Below are positions 1 through 10,393 of a DNA stretch of 45,008 nt, in pieces; position 1 is the stretch's first letter; every line of letters begins with the position of its first letter. The stretch spans positions 1 through 45,008 of the forward strand of contig JBKHIT010000039.1 in the NCBI GenBank assembly GCA_046538485.1, written 5' to 3'. The position numbers and the translations under genes were made by a program. A model generated the notes under the pieces. The model had not been told where the DNA came from. It saw only the letters and a list, made by a program, of their open reading frames with translations, and searched no databases. This DNA comes from Candidatus Brocadiia bacterium (GTDB lineage: Bacteria; Planctomycetota; Brocadiia; SM23-32).

Positions 1-5
1 ATGGG

Positions 6-854
6 GTGAAGCCGATGCGCCTCTGGCGGAGAGGCTTCACTCTAATAGAACTCCTTGTGGTGATAGCCATTATAGCCATTCTGGCGGCGATGCTTATGCC
101 GGCCCTCCAACAGGCGCGCAACAGCGCACAGGTTGCCGCATGTTCAAGCAATCTTCACCAGATTGAGCTTGAGCGCAACATGTTCAACAACGATTTTTCA
201 TACGAAATGTATTTATCCCATGCCGGGTGGTCGCTCATGGCCGGGAACGTGAATTGGGGAGCAACCGATGTTGAAATTGGGAACTGGCTGGCTGATTCAA
301 AACCGCGCAGCCGGATAGATACCACATATTTCCGACAGGAGTATACCTCGGATCACCTCTGGTTTTGTCCAGCCTTTAAACTGAATGTTGATCAATACCA
401 CCGAACACAACCGCGTTTTATCGGCTATCAAATCAGTTCCAAACCTCTAAACTATGGCAGTTTCGGGACCAACCCCCAATTCAATACTAATGGCTGGAAT
501 ATTTTGCTGAGCACCGTTCAAAAGGGACATTGGCTCGACCGGGAACACCGGTGCTGGCTTAAAAATCGGCACTCTTTGCCGATAATTTCCGATGTTGGGA
601 CATTAGATCCCGGCGGCTATACCGGCTGGAGTGCCCCTCCTCCTTCCCACGGCAGCGGTTTCGACGATATGTACGCTATGAACGGACTTTATGCCGACGG
701 ACATGTTCATGCCTGGAAAGACGACGAGATTATCCAATGCCAGAACTATTATGGCCACACTTCCGGCTCAGCACCTATTTACCGTTGGGTGCCCTTTGAC
801 GAAGGATTTCATCTGATCCAGTGTTACAATGGCCACCCTTGTTCCGGCCCTTGA
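6..854 (+). CDS. Prepilin-type N-terminal cleavage/methylation protein (DUF1559-like, H-X9-DG C-terminal motif)
   Basis: [25 protein letters not shown] leader, CSSNLHQI, and C-terminal H...[10 protein letters not shown]. Start may be ATG at 15. Confidence 0.88.
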   Translation: MKPMRLWRRGFTLIELLVVIAIIAILAAMLMPALQQARNSAQVAACSSNLHQIELERNMFNNDFSYEMYLSHAGWSLMAGNVNWGATDVEIGNWLADSKPRSRIDTTYFRQEYTSDHLWFCPAFKLNVDQYHRTQPRFIGYQISSKPLNYGSFGTNPQFNTNGWNILLSTVQKGHWLDREHRCWLKNRHSLPIISDVGTLDPGGYTGWSAPPPSHGSGFDDMYAMNGLYADGHVHAWKDDEIIQCQNYYGHTSGSAPIYRWVPFDEGFHLIQCYNGHPCSGP

Positions 855-1142
855 TCGGAGACAAAGCGCGCCGACTTGACCGCTATTTATCTCTCTCAAG
901 TGCCATCAATCGCGTATCCATCCGTTGCAGGGACCGCCTGCACAGCCTGTCATCCGCGAACAGGGCTCCTCACCTGTGCACAGGTAATACCGCGGAATGC
1001 CGGTCCAATAGTACACATTGCTCGGATGCGGATAGGGAGTTTCCAACTGCCCGTACGGATCGGGCATTGAGTCCAATGCACGCCGCGGGCCGATATCAAA
1101 AGTTTTCATCTTCCGATACTCCGTAGTGATTTGTGGACTCCA

Positions 1143-2408
1143 TCATTCCTTCTTGTAACCCTGGTCCTGCCACATTTGCATAGCCTCGTCTTTCACCTCA
1201 TCCGAAGGTTCGATGTACCCCTGAATGCTGGGGGGCACACTCTGCGGACCAGCATCCCCGGGGAAGGGAGACCAATCATCGTTTTCAAACTGGCTGCGGT
1301 CTTTCTCATCCCGGAAATTCGGGATTTGGAACGGCTCGCCATTCTGCAGACACGATTTCCAGCCCCCAATACCCACAGCGGCCATTGCGACTCCCCGATA
1401 GACGTCAAGATATGGAGACTGGCCGCTGCGGATAGCGTTGCCAAAATGGAAATTCATCCAGAAATCTCCTCCTCCATGGCCCGACCTATCGGCCATATCA
1501 CCGTGCTCGGGCCAATCGGCGGCATAGGTGACGTCGGTACGTTGCCCTTTTTCCCGCAGCCAATTTTCATGGTGGATATGAACATTTGTCCAGTGATTGG
1601 GCTCGGCCGTGCGAATGAGCCCCCGTTCGCCATGTATCTCATATTTGACACGATGGATTGAACTGAGCATCAGCCCCCAGATGCGGAAAACCGCCCCGTT
1701 GTCCATACGCGCCAGAATAACATCCCCTACGTCCGAAACTTTCGTCGTGTGCGGAGACTGAGTTCGCTTTTCAACAATCGACAGCGCGTTGACGCTGACC
1801 GGCATCGTATCGGTAATGCACATCAGAGGTGCGAGTCCATGGGAGCAGTAGTAAGTCGGGGGGATCCAGTTTCGCCAGTGTTCCAGACCCGGCGATATGG
1901 ATAAACGGTTTTGTTCCGGCATCGGGTGATTATATTCCCCCTCGGCGTATCGCACTTCCCCGATCTCGCCATCTTGATAAAGCCGTCGGAGTTCCTGATT
2001 GGCCTTCGAGTAGGGATAATTCTCCGCGAACATATAGATCAAGTCGGTATCCTCCACCGTGCGGCAGAGTTCCACTCCTTCCGCCAGAGTTTTGCAGGCG
2101 GCGGTTTCGCTCATCACATGTTTGCCCGCATTGAGTGCTTTGATCGCAAACGGCGCGTGCTCGTGGAAGTAATTGGCCAGGACAACCGCGTCCATATCGT
2201 GGGCCAGAAAGTCCTCGTAACTCCTGTACGTCGCCACATCGTATTGTTTTCCCATGGCCTCCAGTTTGTCTTCCCGGGTATCGCAGAGAGCAACGAGTTT
2301 CATCCCAACCAGTTCGTTCGCGCGGGAAGCGAACGAACCACCGCGCCCGGCGCCGACAACACCCACACGAATCATATCTTTGCCCGAGTTCTTTAGATTA
2401 TTTTGCAT
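1143..2408 (-). CDS. Gfo/Idh/MocA family NAD-dependent oxidoreductase
   Basis: Rossmann VGVVGAGRGG, HxxFAIKALNAGKHVMSE and GHGGGD motifs. ATG 2408 follows a GGAGAAGGA RBS (ORF track starts at 2423). Confidence 0.9.
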   Translation of the reverse strand: MQNNLKNSGKDMIRVGVVGAGRGGSFASRANELVGMKLVALCDTREDKLEAMGKQYDVATYRSYEDFLAHDMDAVVLANYFHEHAPFAIKALNAGKHVMSETAACKTLAEGVELCRTVEDTDLIYMFAENYPYSKANQELRRLYQDGEIGEVRYAEGEYNHPMPEQNRLSISPGLEHWRNWIPPTYYCSHGLAPLMCITDTMPVSVNALSIVEKRTQSPHTTKVSDVGDVILARMDNGAVFRIWGLMLSSIHRVKYEIHGERGLIRTAEPNHWTNVHIHHENWLREKGQRTDVTYAADWPEHGDMADRSGHGGGDFWMNFHFGNAIRSGQSPYLDVYRGVAMAAVGIGGWKSCLQNGEPFQIPNFRDEKDRSQFENDDWSPFPGDAGPQSVPPSIQGYIEPSDEVKDEAMQMWQDQGYKKE

Positions 2409-2453
2409 GGTTTCCTTCTCCAACGAATTTTATTTCCAACATGATACAGTGGT

Positions 2454-2495
2454 CGCATTCTGAACTCCAGCCTCCGGCTGAAGTCCAGTCTGCTC
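2454..2495 (-). repeat. REP-like hairpin family A, copy 1
   Basis: Reverse complement of GAGC[A/G]GACTGGACTTCAGCC-GGA-GGCTGGAGTTCAGAA[T/C]GCG, also seen at 2682, 7686 and 17804. Confidence 0.85.
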
Positions 2496-2681
2496 CAGTG
2501 GGTACATCGTCCTGCTGTTGTGTCTTGATACATTATCCACCATTTGTCGTCGGCCGTTTGTGAAGCACCATGGGAAGGGACAAGAGGCCTGAAAACTGCA
2601 AAAAAGGTCTGGTCGCCAACCGGCTTTTCGCACAATGCGGGGGCGTTAGCCCCGGATCCAGTCCCCAGCAAGCCGTGAATA

Positions 2682-2731
2682 AGCGGACTGGACTTCAGCA
2701 CCGCCCCGGCGGGACTGGAGTTCAGAACGCG
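2682..2731 (+). repeat. REP-like hairpin family A, copy 2 (expanded loop; inverted partner of copy 1)
   Basis: AGCGGACTGGACTTCAGC-accgccccggcggg-ACTGGAGTTCAGAACGCG. Confidence 0.8.
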
Positions 2732-2842
2732 GATTGATCGCAGGCGCGTAATGCAGAAGTACGGCTCAACCCCAATCTTCCGACCTTGCCACCGAACGGG
2801 CCTCGGGCGCAGTCCAGCACAAATTTTCTTCCAAACAAAGAG

Positions 2843-2920
2843 CCGGGTCAGACGACCCGGTCCACAGGCTGGAGCCTCCGCCGCGCGAGGCTATGGAGCC
2901 CAAGGATCCTGTGGTACATG
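2843..2920 (-). repeat. REP-like double hairpin family B, copy 1, interrupted by a nested ~31-bp repeat
   Basis: CCGGGTC-agac-GACCCGG-t-CCACAGGCTGGAG[insert 2875-2905]ATCCTGTGGTACATG; matches copies at 10006 and 10394. Confidence 0.8.
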
Positions 2921-3005
2921 CATTTTCCAACCCCCACTCTACATTTCGCCGCGGCAATCTCAGCCTTGCGCCAAAAAATAATGCGATTACGATAGCGGGA
3001 TGTTA

Positions 3006-4157
3006 CTATTTCCTCCCGTTCTTGCGGTAATACGCAAATCCCTGGGCGAGGGCTTTAAGATTCGCCCACGGCACCCCGGGTGTAATGCTGCTGGATGCGC
3101 CCAGAAAAAGTCCCTTCTCCGGACCGTTTTCAACCAGGAATTTCATTTCTTCCCGAACATCTTCAGGCGAACCGTGCGGCAGTGTGCGCGTCACCGACAC
3201 CCCCGCAATTATCAGCAGTTCACGACCCTCCCGATCGGTCATACTGCAGATTTTCTCGTAATCCATTCCATCTTCATACTGGAACCCCTGGAAACCACGC
3301 AGTCCGCATTCGAGCAGTCTTGAGACCATCTGCATAAGGTTCCCGTCGCAATGCCAGATCATCTTGACGTCGGCATCGAGAAGCGGCTGGATGCTCCGCG
3401 CGAAATGCGGGAACCAGATCTTATCGAGACTCTTAATATCGACCAGCGTTCCGCTGCTATCAGCCATATCATGGTCCAGTCGCAGGAATCTGGGCAAGCC
3501 TCCTTTCTCCATAGCATTCACAAGAACCCGGTTCCGCAACACAGCCAGATCCGCCTGCAGCTCGAAATGTTTCTCCATAATGTTCGGGAAAAGTGCGTAA
3601 GCCATGAAATAGTTCACGTAACCGTATTTCCCGTAAGCCAGCCGCGGGAAAGCGGCATTGTAGGGAGCTTTCAGCATGGTCGGCCCGATTTCCGACTGCA
3701 TTTCACGCTCCCGTCGCACGATCTCATCAGCAGCCGTCTCGTCGCCACCACCATCATGGGATTCAATGGCCCGGTTCAGCTCGGGAAAAACGTGCGACTC
3801 CATATGCTCCACAACGTCCTCTGGTTTATCAATGACGCAACCATCGACGACAATCTCTTCGGCGCCTGTTGTTGCACCTCGAGATGTCCCATCCTCGTAG
3901 CCCTGTGCCCCCATACTCAAAGGGTTTCTGGGTATCCACTGATCCACCATGCAGCAGGAGCAGTTCTCCAGCATGCGACGGTACGTCGGGACCGGATCCT
4001 TTTGATAGCTGCCTTTCGGCATACCCGCCAGGCGGTCGATCATCGTCCATTCCATCGGATTGATCAACCAGACCGCGATTTCATCCCGGGGTTTACGCAG
4101 AATCGTATCCCACGCCAGTCGTGCATTTTCACTCAGCTTTTTGCTATTTGCGTTCAA
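3006..4157 (-). CDS. Uroporphyrinogen decarboxylase (URO-D)/methyltransferase-fold family protein
   Basis: C-terminal WHCDGN, GVSVTRTLPHGSPEDVREE and SSSITPGVPWAN patterns typical of the family. Confidence 0.8.
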   Translation of the reverse strand: MNANSKKLSENARLAWDTILRKPRDEIAVWLINPMEWTMIDRLAGMPKGSYQKDPVPTYRRMLENCSCCMVDQWIPRNPLSMGAQGYEDGTSRGATTGAEEIVVDGCVIDKPEDVVEHMESHVFPELNRAIESHDGGGDETAADEIVRREREMQSEIGPTMLKAPYNAAFPRLAYGKYGYVNYFMAYALFPNIMEKHFELQADLAVLRNRVLVNAMEKGGLPRFLRLDHDMADSSGTLVDIKSLDKIWFPHFARSIQPLLDADVKMIWHCDGNLMQMVSRLLECGLRGFQGFQYEDGMDYEKICSMTDREGRELLIIAGVSVTRTLPHGSPEDVREEMKFLVENGPEKGLFLGASSSITPGVPWANLKALAQGFAYYRKNGRK

Positions 4158-4166
4158 TGTGGCCCA

Positions 4167-5684
4167 TTACTCCGATGAGTTCTCTCGGAATCGAAATGAG
4201 TAGAGGTCTGCATCTTTCAGTTCGACTTTCAAACGCACCGCTTTTCCCGCGAGCTTACCAACATCTTCGCCGGATTCCCAGGACACGGTGCGGTCAATCT
4301 CATCCCCGTAAATCAGGGGGCAATCATCAAGGCCAAATCTCGCAATTGGTTTCCCACCTGGTTTTTGCAGCTCGATACGCATTCGTCCTCCCGCGGACGT
4401 GGAGAAATTGATTTCGAGCCGGTTGCCCTCAAATGTCAGAGGTTTTGTTAATAGAGTCCCACCTGTGAGCGGCGCGTGGGCGGATACAAACCCATCGGTA
4501 CGGAGCGTATGGCGTCTCAGGCGGTAGTTTCCTTCGACGCGGGCATTATCCCTGACGTAGAAGGACAGTTCGGGCGGAGCATCATTGTATTTCGATTCAG
4601 TTTCCGCCATACCCCAGGCGCATCCGGCCTGCCCGTAGAACCAGCTACCGGGCCGCTGGATCCCGGGGCGCACAAAAGCTTCCGGCCAGACGTGAAACTC
4701 TTCCCCGTCTCGGCTTGTCATAAACAGGGTATCCCACAGAGCGGTCCCGAGCCGGGTCGGTCGTCCACCACCTATCCCTTGATCCGCCAATTCGCGCCGC
4801 TGCTCGCGGTCGGGAAGATGTTCTGTCGATGGTGTCCATCCCCGGTCGCTATAGCGGGCGGGGAAACCCATGAAGATATGGGGTGCCCGGTAATAAGGTT
4901 GCACGTTGTTGGTATAAAGTTGATGGTGATCGCCGGATGGGTCTTCCCCATTGTCCAGCTCCGCACTGCCGGTGCGGTTGGGATCGTAATCGAGCATCTT
5001 CCCGTCGGTCCAGTTGATGAAATCCTCTGACGTTGCGGTGCGAATATCCCGTCCCGGAGGAACTTTTTCACCGTTTCCCCGTCCGTCGCGCCAGTAGGCC
5101 CGGTATAGGCCGGATTCTGCGTCCCAGAACACCAGATTGTGAGAATCGAAATTCCCTTTGATCGCAAGGGGTTCTTCGCCCAGTTTTTGCCAGTGTATGC
5201 CATCGGGTGAGACCAGTCCCCAGAGCCCGTCGCTGTTCCATTTCACCCCACCAACCGCCTTGTACGTTTGATCTTCAGGACAGTCCGGATTGCGATCGCG
5301 AAATGGCGACATGTTATGGGAAATCGTTCCCTGCCAGATTATGTTGTTGTGTTTCGCCCCATTATGCTCGATAAGACCCACTTCCGGCCGTCGCCAATGA
5401 ACGCCATCGTCGCTTTCCGCGTAACACGTCACCTGTCTCTTACTCTCATCGCCTCCCTCTTCCCCCGGGTTCGCGCGGTAATACATGCGGTAGAGGTCGC
5501 CGTCTTTGAACACCGTGGCATAACCGGGACCGCTCTCTTCCCACGGACGCTCACAGACGATGGCGATTTCCTGCGGTTGAGGTTGATGCAGGCGTAGCGA
5601 GGCGCCTTCCATCTCTTCGATCAGGCTTCTATCCACGAAAAGTTCCCGTCGTGATCCAATTTCGATCGGTGGCATTTTTGACAC
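4167..5684 (-). CDS. Five-bladed beta-propeller glycoside-hydrolase-like protein
   Basis: IGSRRELFVD, YAESDDGVHW, SPDGIHW, FDSHNLVFWD, LRTDGFVS and ADLYSFRF motifs; paralog of 13108-14565. Confidence 0.75.
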   Translation of the reverse strand: MSKMPPIEIGSRRELFVDRSLIEEMEGASLRLHQPQPQEIAIVCERPWEESGPGYATVFKDGDLYRMYYRANPGEEGGDESKRQVTCYAESDDGVHWRRPEVGLIEHNGAKHNNIIWQGTISHNMSPFRDRNPDCPEDQTYKAVGGVKWNSDGLWGLVSPDGIHWQKLGEEPLAIKGNFDSHNLVFWDAESGLYRAYWRDGRGNGEKVPPGRDIRTATSEDFINWTDGKMLDYDPNRTGSAELDNGEDPSGDHHQLYTNNVQPYYRAPHIFMGFPARYSDRGWTPSTEHLPDREQRRELADQGIGGGRPTRLGTALWDTLFMTSRDGEEFHVWPEAFVRPGIQRPGSWFYGQAGCAWGMAETESKYNDAPPELSFYVRDNARVEGNYRLRRHTLRTDGFVSAHAPLTGGTLLTKPLTFEGNRLEINFSTSAGGRMRIELQKPGGKPIARFGLDDCPLIYGDEIDRTVSWESGEDVGKLAGKAVRLKVELKDADLYSFRFRENSSE

Positions 5685-5703
5685 TTTCCAGAGAAATGAG
5701 AAA

Positions 5704-7287
5704 TCATGGCTCGATTAACGGGGGATCATCCGCCATAATCCGGCTGAAACGCTCGGTCGCGTTGCGGGCGCGGCGGTCGACTGACATCGGGATATTGTCG
5801 TAAATGGCGAACGCGTTTTGCCAGTACTTTTCCCGAACGACATCGCGATCGGGTTCCTCGCCGCTCAGAACCACGAATTGCCGCGCGAACCAGAGAAGAT
5901 CTTCCCGATACTGTTCCGGCGACGGAAATAAAGGCAATTCGCAGTCGGTCATCTCGGCGCTTTCAAGATGGTCTATCATCCGCAGATAAGCCCGGTGCGC
6001 AGACCGGCGGCCCCATCGACGTCGCGGATGGTGCCCCCACCCCGGTACGACTTCAAATGCTTCCATTAATTCACCCACTTTCTCGTGCTCGGAGCCAAAA
6101 ACCCGGCGGGAAAACCCCCGCGCGAGCGAGTCAGGGTCCTGTTCGGGATCGATGGCGGCCTGCGCTCCAGCGTACATACAGAGATGGCTCAAGCCCGGGG
6201 TCATCGTATAATTGGTTGCTCCAAAATATCCCGCAGTATGTTGTTCCTCGCGGCGTCGCGCCAGAATGCGCGGGATACGCCAGTGCGGATACGGCACAAG
6301 CTCCCCTTCGGTCACGGCGTAATCCCAGCTATTGACACGATGGGTAGAGGAAAGCTCTCGAACGTACGGACGCGCATCACCTCCCACCGTCGGATCGCTT
6401 TCCGGGCTGAACCCCAGATTCATAGCAACCATCGTGTCTTCCGGAAATTCCGGCAGCCGCCGCATCAATTCTGTCATAGCCCGTTCCGCCCGATCCGGAG
6501 TTCCTTTCCAGATGTGGCAGCCGCTGGCCGTCTGAGTCATCTCTTCCCACGTCCCATCCCAATCGGGGACCCGGATCATATCATCGCCCCATCCTGAGAA
6601 CGGTGAACCCCACGTGCCGAATTCGATTGTGGCATCGGGATTTTCTGCCTGCGTTATGTCCGCCATGCGAAGAGCAAGGTCTATCCACGTCGTACAGTCG
6701 CATCCGTTCCGATTGCACCCGCCCGGATCGCCCGGGAAGACGCCCACAATATCGGTTCCCGAAAGTTCCCGGCTCCAGTATCGCCATAATTTCTCAATGA
6801 GTTCGAGGTCTTCCGGTAGATTCGGGCAGGCGAAATACCACCGGTGTCCGATGCAATTGGGGACGGCAATGTATTTAGTATTGAGTCCCAGTTCGTGTGC
6901 GATAGCCGTAACCTGCCGCATCGTTCTGGCAAAACGTTCACACTTTTCATCCCCTTGCAGGGCTTCGGGCGTGTAGAGCGTTGGGGCAACCCAGTATTCG
7001 AAACAGGTGTAGCCGAAGGCCTTCACCATTTCTAACAATCTTCGCCACTCGGTCAACGACCACTGGTTCGTAGCTCCGGGGAAAAGCACGTTGACATTCC
7101 AGCGGTTGAGCAAGTGGGAGGCAAAGTTCACGTAGTAGGAACGATGCTGGAAAGCTGGTTCACCTTTAATCGGCGGATCGGATTGAATGGATTCTTTCTT
7201 CACAGCTGGAAATCTAATTGAGAAAGCATGCAGATAACTATTGCGACCAGTTTTCAATTTGGAGACCGCGAACGTACGCAAACTCAT
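5704..7287 (-). CDS. Hypothetical protein, possibly a TIM-barrel glycoside hydrolase
   Basis: Long ORF co-oriented with catabolic genes; FPGDPGGC motif. Start uncertain. Confidence 0.6.
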   Translation of the reverse strand: MSLRTFAVSKLKTGRNSYLHAFSIRFPAVKKESIQSDPPIKGEPAFQHRSYYVNFASHLLNRWNVNVLFPGATNQWSLTEWRRLLEMVKAFGYTCFEYWVAPTLYTPEALQGDEKCERFARTMRQVTAIAHELGLNTKYIAVPNCIGHRWYFACPNLPEDLELIEKLWRYWSRELSGTDIVGVFPGDPGGCNRNGCDCTTWIDLALRMADITQAENPDATIEFGTWGSPFSGWGDDMIRVPDWDGTWEEMTQTASGCHIWKGTPDRAERAMTELMRRLPEFPEDTMVAMNLGFSPESDPTVGGDARPYVRELSSTHRVNSWDYAVTEGELVPYPHWRIPRILARRREEQHTAGYFGATNYTMTPGLSHLCMYAGAQAAIDPEQDPDSLARGFSRRVFGSEHEKVGELMEAFEVVPGWGHHPRRRWGRRSAHRAYLRMIDHLESAEMTDCELPLFPSPEQYREDLLWFARQFVVLSGEEPDRDVVREKYWQNAFAIYDNIPMSVDRRARNATERFSRIMADDPPLIEP

Positions 7288-7685
7288 CCTTATTGTTACT
7301 TACCATTACGAGATTGCAACTCAAAGCCGGGGCGGCCAGCAACATGCCCAGGGGGTCAATAACGTTCCCGACCTTTTCGAGTTCAGCCCGTTTTCTACGG
7401 TGTCAAGCGGCCGCTGTCCGGAAAAGGAAAGGCAAGAACGGCAAGGAAAGCGGCGCTCGCTTCCGGCTCTTGCGTCCCGGTATGCCTGGTCAATTTCCGG
7501 AGGCGAGCCGTTCGCGCGTTCAGTACGAAAGGCATCCTTGCCTGTCAGCGGTCTGGCTGCGAGGAAAGAAGTGTTGTTCTTGTTGGCGGGCCTTCCTCCC
7601 CTGCACTTCTGCAAGATTTGCCCGCCTCAAGTCCAGTTTCGCCTGCCGCTGGCCGGCTCAGCTGAACTCGAGTCTCAATCCCCGC

Positions 7686-7727
7686 GAGCGGACTGGACTT
7701 CAGCCGGAGGCTGGAGTTCAGAACGCG
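7686..7727 (+). repeat. REP-like hairpin family A, copy 3
   Basis: GAGCGGACTGGACTTCAGCCGGAGGCTGGAGTTCAGAACGCG. Confidence 0.85.
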
Positions 7728-7909
7728 GTGCACAAACCTGCGGGTCTCGTCGGAAAACGACGAAAAGCACAGCGGCGCCCCCGTGGGGGATTCGTTGGGC
7801 AGAGGTGCCTGCCATTTTAAATATCACTGGCACTGGCATCCCCCCTTCCAGGTAGTCCACCGCAAAATGACGAAAGACAACGGCACAGCGGCGAAAAATC
7901 GCCGCACTC

Positions 7910-9908
7910 GTGTGACTGTAAGCATATCCATTCAGAGTAGTGAGACTGGAAAGGAGAAGAGCGCAGATGTAACAAGGAAAGTCAAGTCTACTTCAGGTAT
8001 ACATTCTCCGGCCTGCACCCGCGGGTACCCGCGCTGTCATGAGACAGGGTAAGGAACAACCCAGGGGATCTGCCAGTCCGAAGTTATCGAACTCGATTCG
8101 GCCAGGTGCGGCGACGAGCCTGCGAGTGAGTGGCGAAGTCCCGATCGCCGGAAGTATCGGCGTGGCCTGAGACGCTGATGGGTAATGTGCGAAAGCGATC
8201 TGAGGGACGCACCGGGTGGTTGGAGTCGGAATGGCAGAGAAGGACGGATATGTAAAGCAGTGAGATCTGGCGAGATCCAGACGGGCAACCGCACTCAAAT
8301 GGGGCGGCCAAGAGTCTGGCATGGCCTGGCGTCTCTTTGCCACGAAGCCGAAAGGCGGATACGTACGGAAGGCGCTGACCTAAACCGGACGCGGCCCGCT
8401 TGCCAGAAGTCAGAGCGGCCGTAGTAGCAACGAAGCGTGGTAACGCACGCAGAGCGAAGGGCCGCAGGAAAGCAGATGCAGGAGGAACACAAAGGTGGAA
8501 GGAAAACCGGCGCGAGTTCCGGGACAGCCGGATAAACAAGCAGGAGAGATCCGCGCCCGCTGGGCATGGGTCGAACCATCGGTGTGGACCGATCGCATGC
8601 TGGCAGCTCTGGAGAACGGAGTGAAAGGAGGCAAATGGTTCAGCCTGATTGACAAAGTCTACTCCATGGCGAATTTGCGAGCGGCCTGGGAAAGTGTCAG
8701 GTCGAATCGCGGCGCAGCCGGAGTGGACGGGCAGAGTATCGAGCTGTTTGAGAAGAACGCGGAGAAGCATCTCCAGCGTCTGGCGGAACAGCTGGAAGCC
8801 GACACCTACGAGCCGCAACCGGTGCGACGCAGCTGGATCGAGAAACCTGGATCCAGCGAGAAACGTCCACTGGGAATACCGGCCGTGAGGGATCGGGTGG
8901 CGCAGACGGCGCTCCGGAACGTTTTGGAGCCCATCTTTGAGAACGGATTTGCGCCCCGAAGCTACGGATTTCGGCCCGGGCGCGGTTGTAAAGACGCGCT
9001 GCGGGAAGTCGATCGGCTCCTCAAGGACGGCTCCAGGTGGGTATTGGATGCCGACCTGAAGGGGTATTTCGACTCAATTCCGCACGATCAGCTTACCGAG
9101 GCGGTGCAGAGGGAAGTATCCGACGGACGCATCATCGACCTGCTGGAGAAATACCTCACAGCGGGCGTGATGGAAGGCGCAGAGCTCTGGAGAACGGAGC
9201 GAGGCACGCCGCAAGGGGCTGTGATATCGCCTCTGCTGGCAAACCTGTATCTGGACCCGCTCGACCACATGATGGCCGAGGCGGGATACCAGATGGTGCG
9301 CTACGCGGACGACTTTGTGATTCTGTGCCGCAGCGAGGCAGAAGCCCGGCAGGCCCGGGAGCGTGTGCGGGAGTTTGCGGAAGCCCACGGGCTGAGGCTT
9401 CACCCGGAGAAAACGCGCCTGGTGGACGCCACCCAGAAAGGTGGATTTGACTTTCTGGGCTACCACTTTGAACGCGGTTATCGGTGGCCGCGGCCGAAGA
9501 GCGAAAAGAAGCTCAAAGACAGCATTCGCTCCAAGACCCGGCGGACCGATGGGCGGTCGCTGCAGGCTGTTATCTGCGATGTAAACAGGACTCTGCGCGG
9601 ATGGTTTGGCTACTTCAAGCACGCACACTGGACGACGTTTCGACCGCTGGACGGGTGGGTCCGCATGCGATTGCGGAGCATCTTGCGAAAGCGGCGAGGC
9701 GGCCAAGGTCGTGGGGGTGGCCGAGACCATCATCGCTGGCCCAATGCCCATTTCGCCCGGCTGGGCTTATATTCTCTGGAACAAGCCCACGCTGAGGCGC
9801 GCCAGTCCCTATAAGGGAACCTGCTGACTGGAGAGCCGGATGTGGGAGATCCGCAAGTCCGGTTCGGAGGGAGGGGAAGCGTGAAACAAGCGCTTTCCCT
9901 ACCCCTAT
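7910..9908 (+). mobile_element. Group II intron, apparently full length (~2.0 kb)
   Basis: 5' GTGTG at 7910; domain V GAGCCGGATGTGGGAGATCCGCAAGTCCGGTTC with AGC triad at about 9833-9865; domain VI ending CCCTACCCCTAT at 9908; RT ORF inside. The 5' boundary is inferred. Confidence 0.85.
8495..9814 (+). CDS. ltrA: Group II intron reverse transcriptase/maturase, no C-terminal endonuclease domain
   Basis: GAAGVDG, RPLGIP..RDR, SYGFRPGR, DADLKGYFD, GTPQGAVISPLLANLYL, YADD, FDFLG and maturase GWFGYF motifs; GGAGGA RBS upstream. Confidence 0.96.
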   Translation: MEGKPARVPGQPDKQAGEIRARWAWVEPSVWTDRMLAALENGVKGGKWFSLIDKVYSMANLRAAWESVRSNRGAAGVDGQSIELFEKNAEKHLQRLAEQLEADTYEPQPVRRSWIEKPGSSEKRPLGIPAVRDRVAQTALRNVLEPIFENGFAPRSYGFRPGRGCKDALREVDRLLKDGSRWVLDADLKGYFDSIPHDQLTEAVQREVSDGRIIDLLEKYLTAGVMEGAELWRTERGTPQGAVISPLLANLYLDPLDHMMAEAGYQMVRYADDFVILCRSEAEARQARERVREFAEAHGLRLHPEKTRLVDATQKGGFDFLGYHFERGYRWPRPKSEKKLKDSIRSKTRRTDGRSLQAVICDVNRTLRGWFGYFKHAHWTTFRPLDGWVRMRLRSILRKRRGGQGRGGGRDHHRWPNAHFARLGLYSLEQAHAEARQSL

Positions 9909-10005
9909 CATAGCCGGCTCCGCCGGCGGGGTTCATGCACGAACCGGTGCTGATACGATTGTCCGCCACGCCGCATATTCCGTTCCTGAACAAACGACAA
10001 CGAAT

Positions 10006-10052
10006 CCGGGTCTTACGACCCGGTCCACAGCCTGGAGAGGCTGTGCCACATG
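10006..10052 (-). repeat. REP-like double hairpin family B, copy 2
   Basis: CCGGGTCttacGACCCGG-t-CCACAGCCT-ggag-AGGCTGTGCCAC; minus strand starts with GTGG. Confidence 0.82.
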
Positions 10053-10393
10053 GGTTTCGTGGCTTTCGTTTGGAGATGAAGGCGTAAGTACGCCTGTGGC
10101 TCACGGCATGGCAGAGGGCTACACAGGTAGTCGCCGCATACCGCATTGCAGTGACAGGATTGCCGGGAAAGCGCTTCTCAGGGCCAACGGCCCGGCAGAT
10201 AACAGCCCGGGGTAGAGAGGGCTGAAAGTTATCGGCGCCCCGGGGGTCCGGGTTTGCGCGAATAAATGGTGGGCTGAAGGTCCACCAGATATCTGGTTCC
10301 AGGATGCATCCACCATTTCCGAAGACGGGACACTTCCCGGAATATTCCCCGGCCTCACGTATCCGGGAACAACGAAAACCTGAAGCCATCTAT

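Noticed and set aside
7218..7860. Overlapping ~200-aa ORFs upstream of the intron
   Set aside because: They span REP repeats, have no motifs and show atypical composition; probably non-coding.
8106..8110. GTGCG as the intron 5' end
   Set aside because: Upstream sequence (about 8000-8105) looks like conserved domain I, and GTGTG at 7910 restores a coherent hairpin repeat on exon joining. Not formally excluded.
8495..9814. RT as part of a diversity-generating retroelement, retron or CRISPR-RT acting on variable DUF1559/RHS C-termini
   Set aside because: The RT has group II intron motifs (YADD, maturase domain) and is followed by domains V and VI. I saw no TR/VR pair differing at adenines, no msr/msd and no cas genes.
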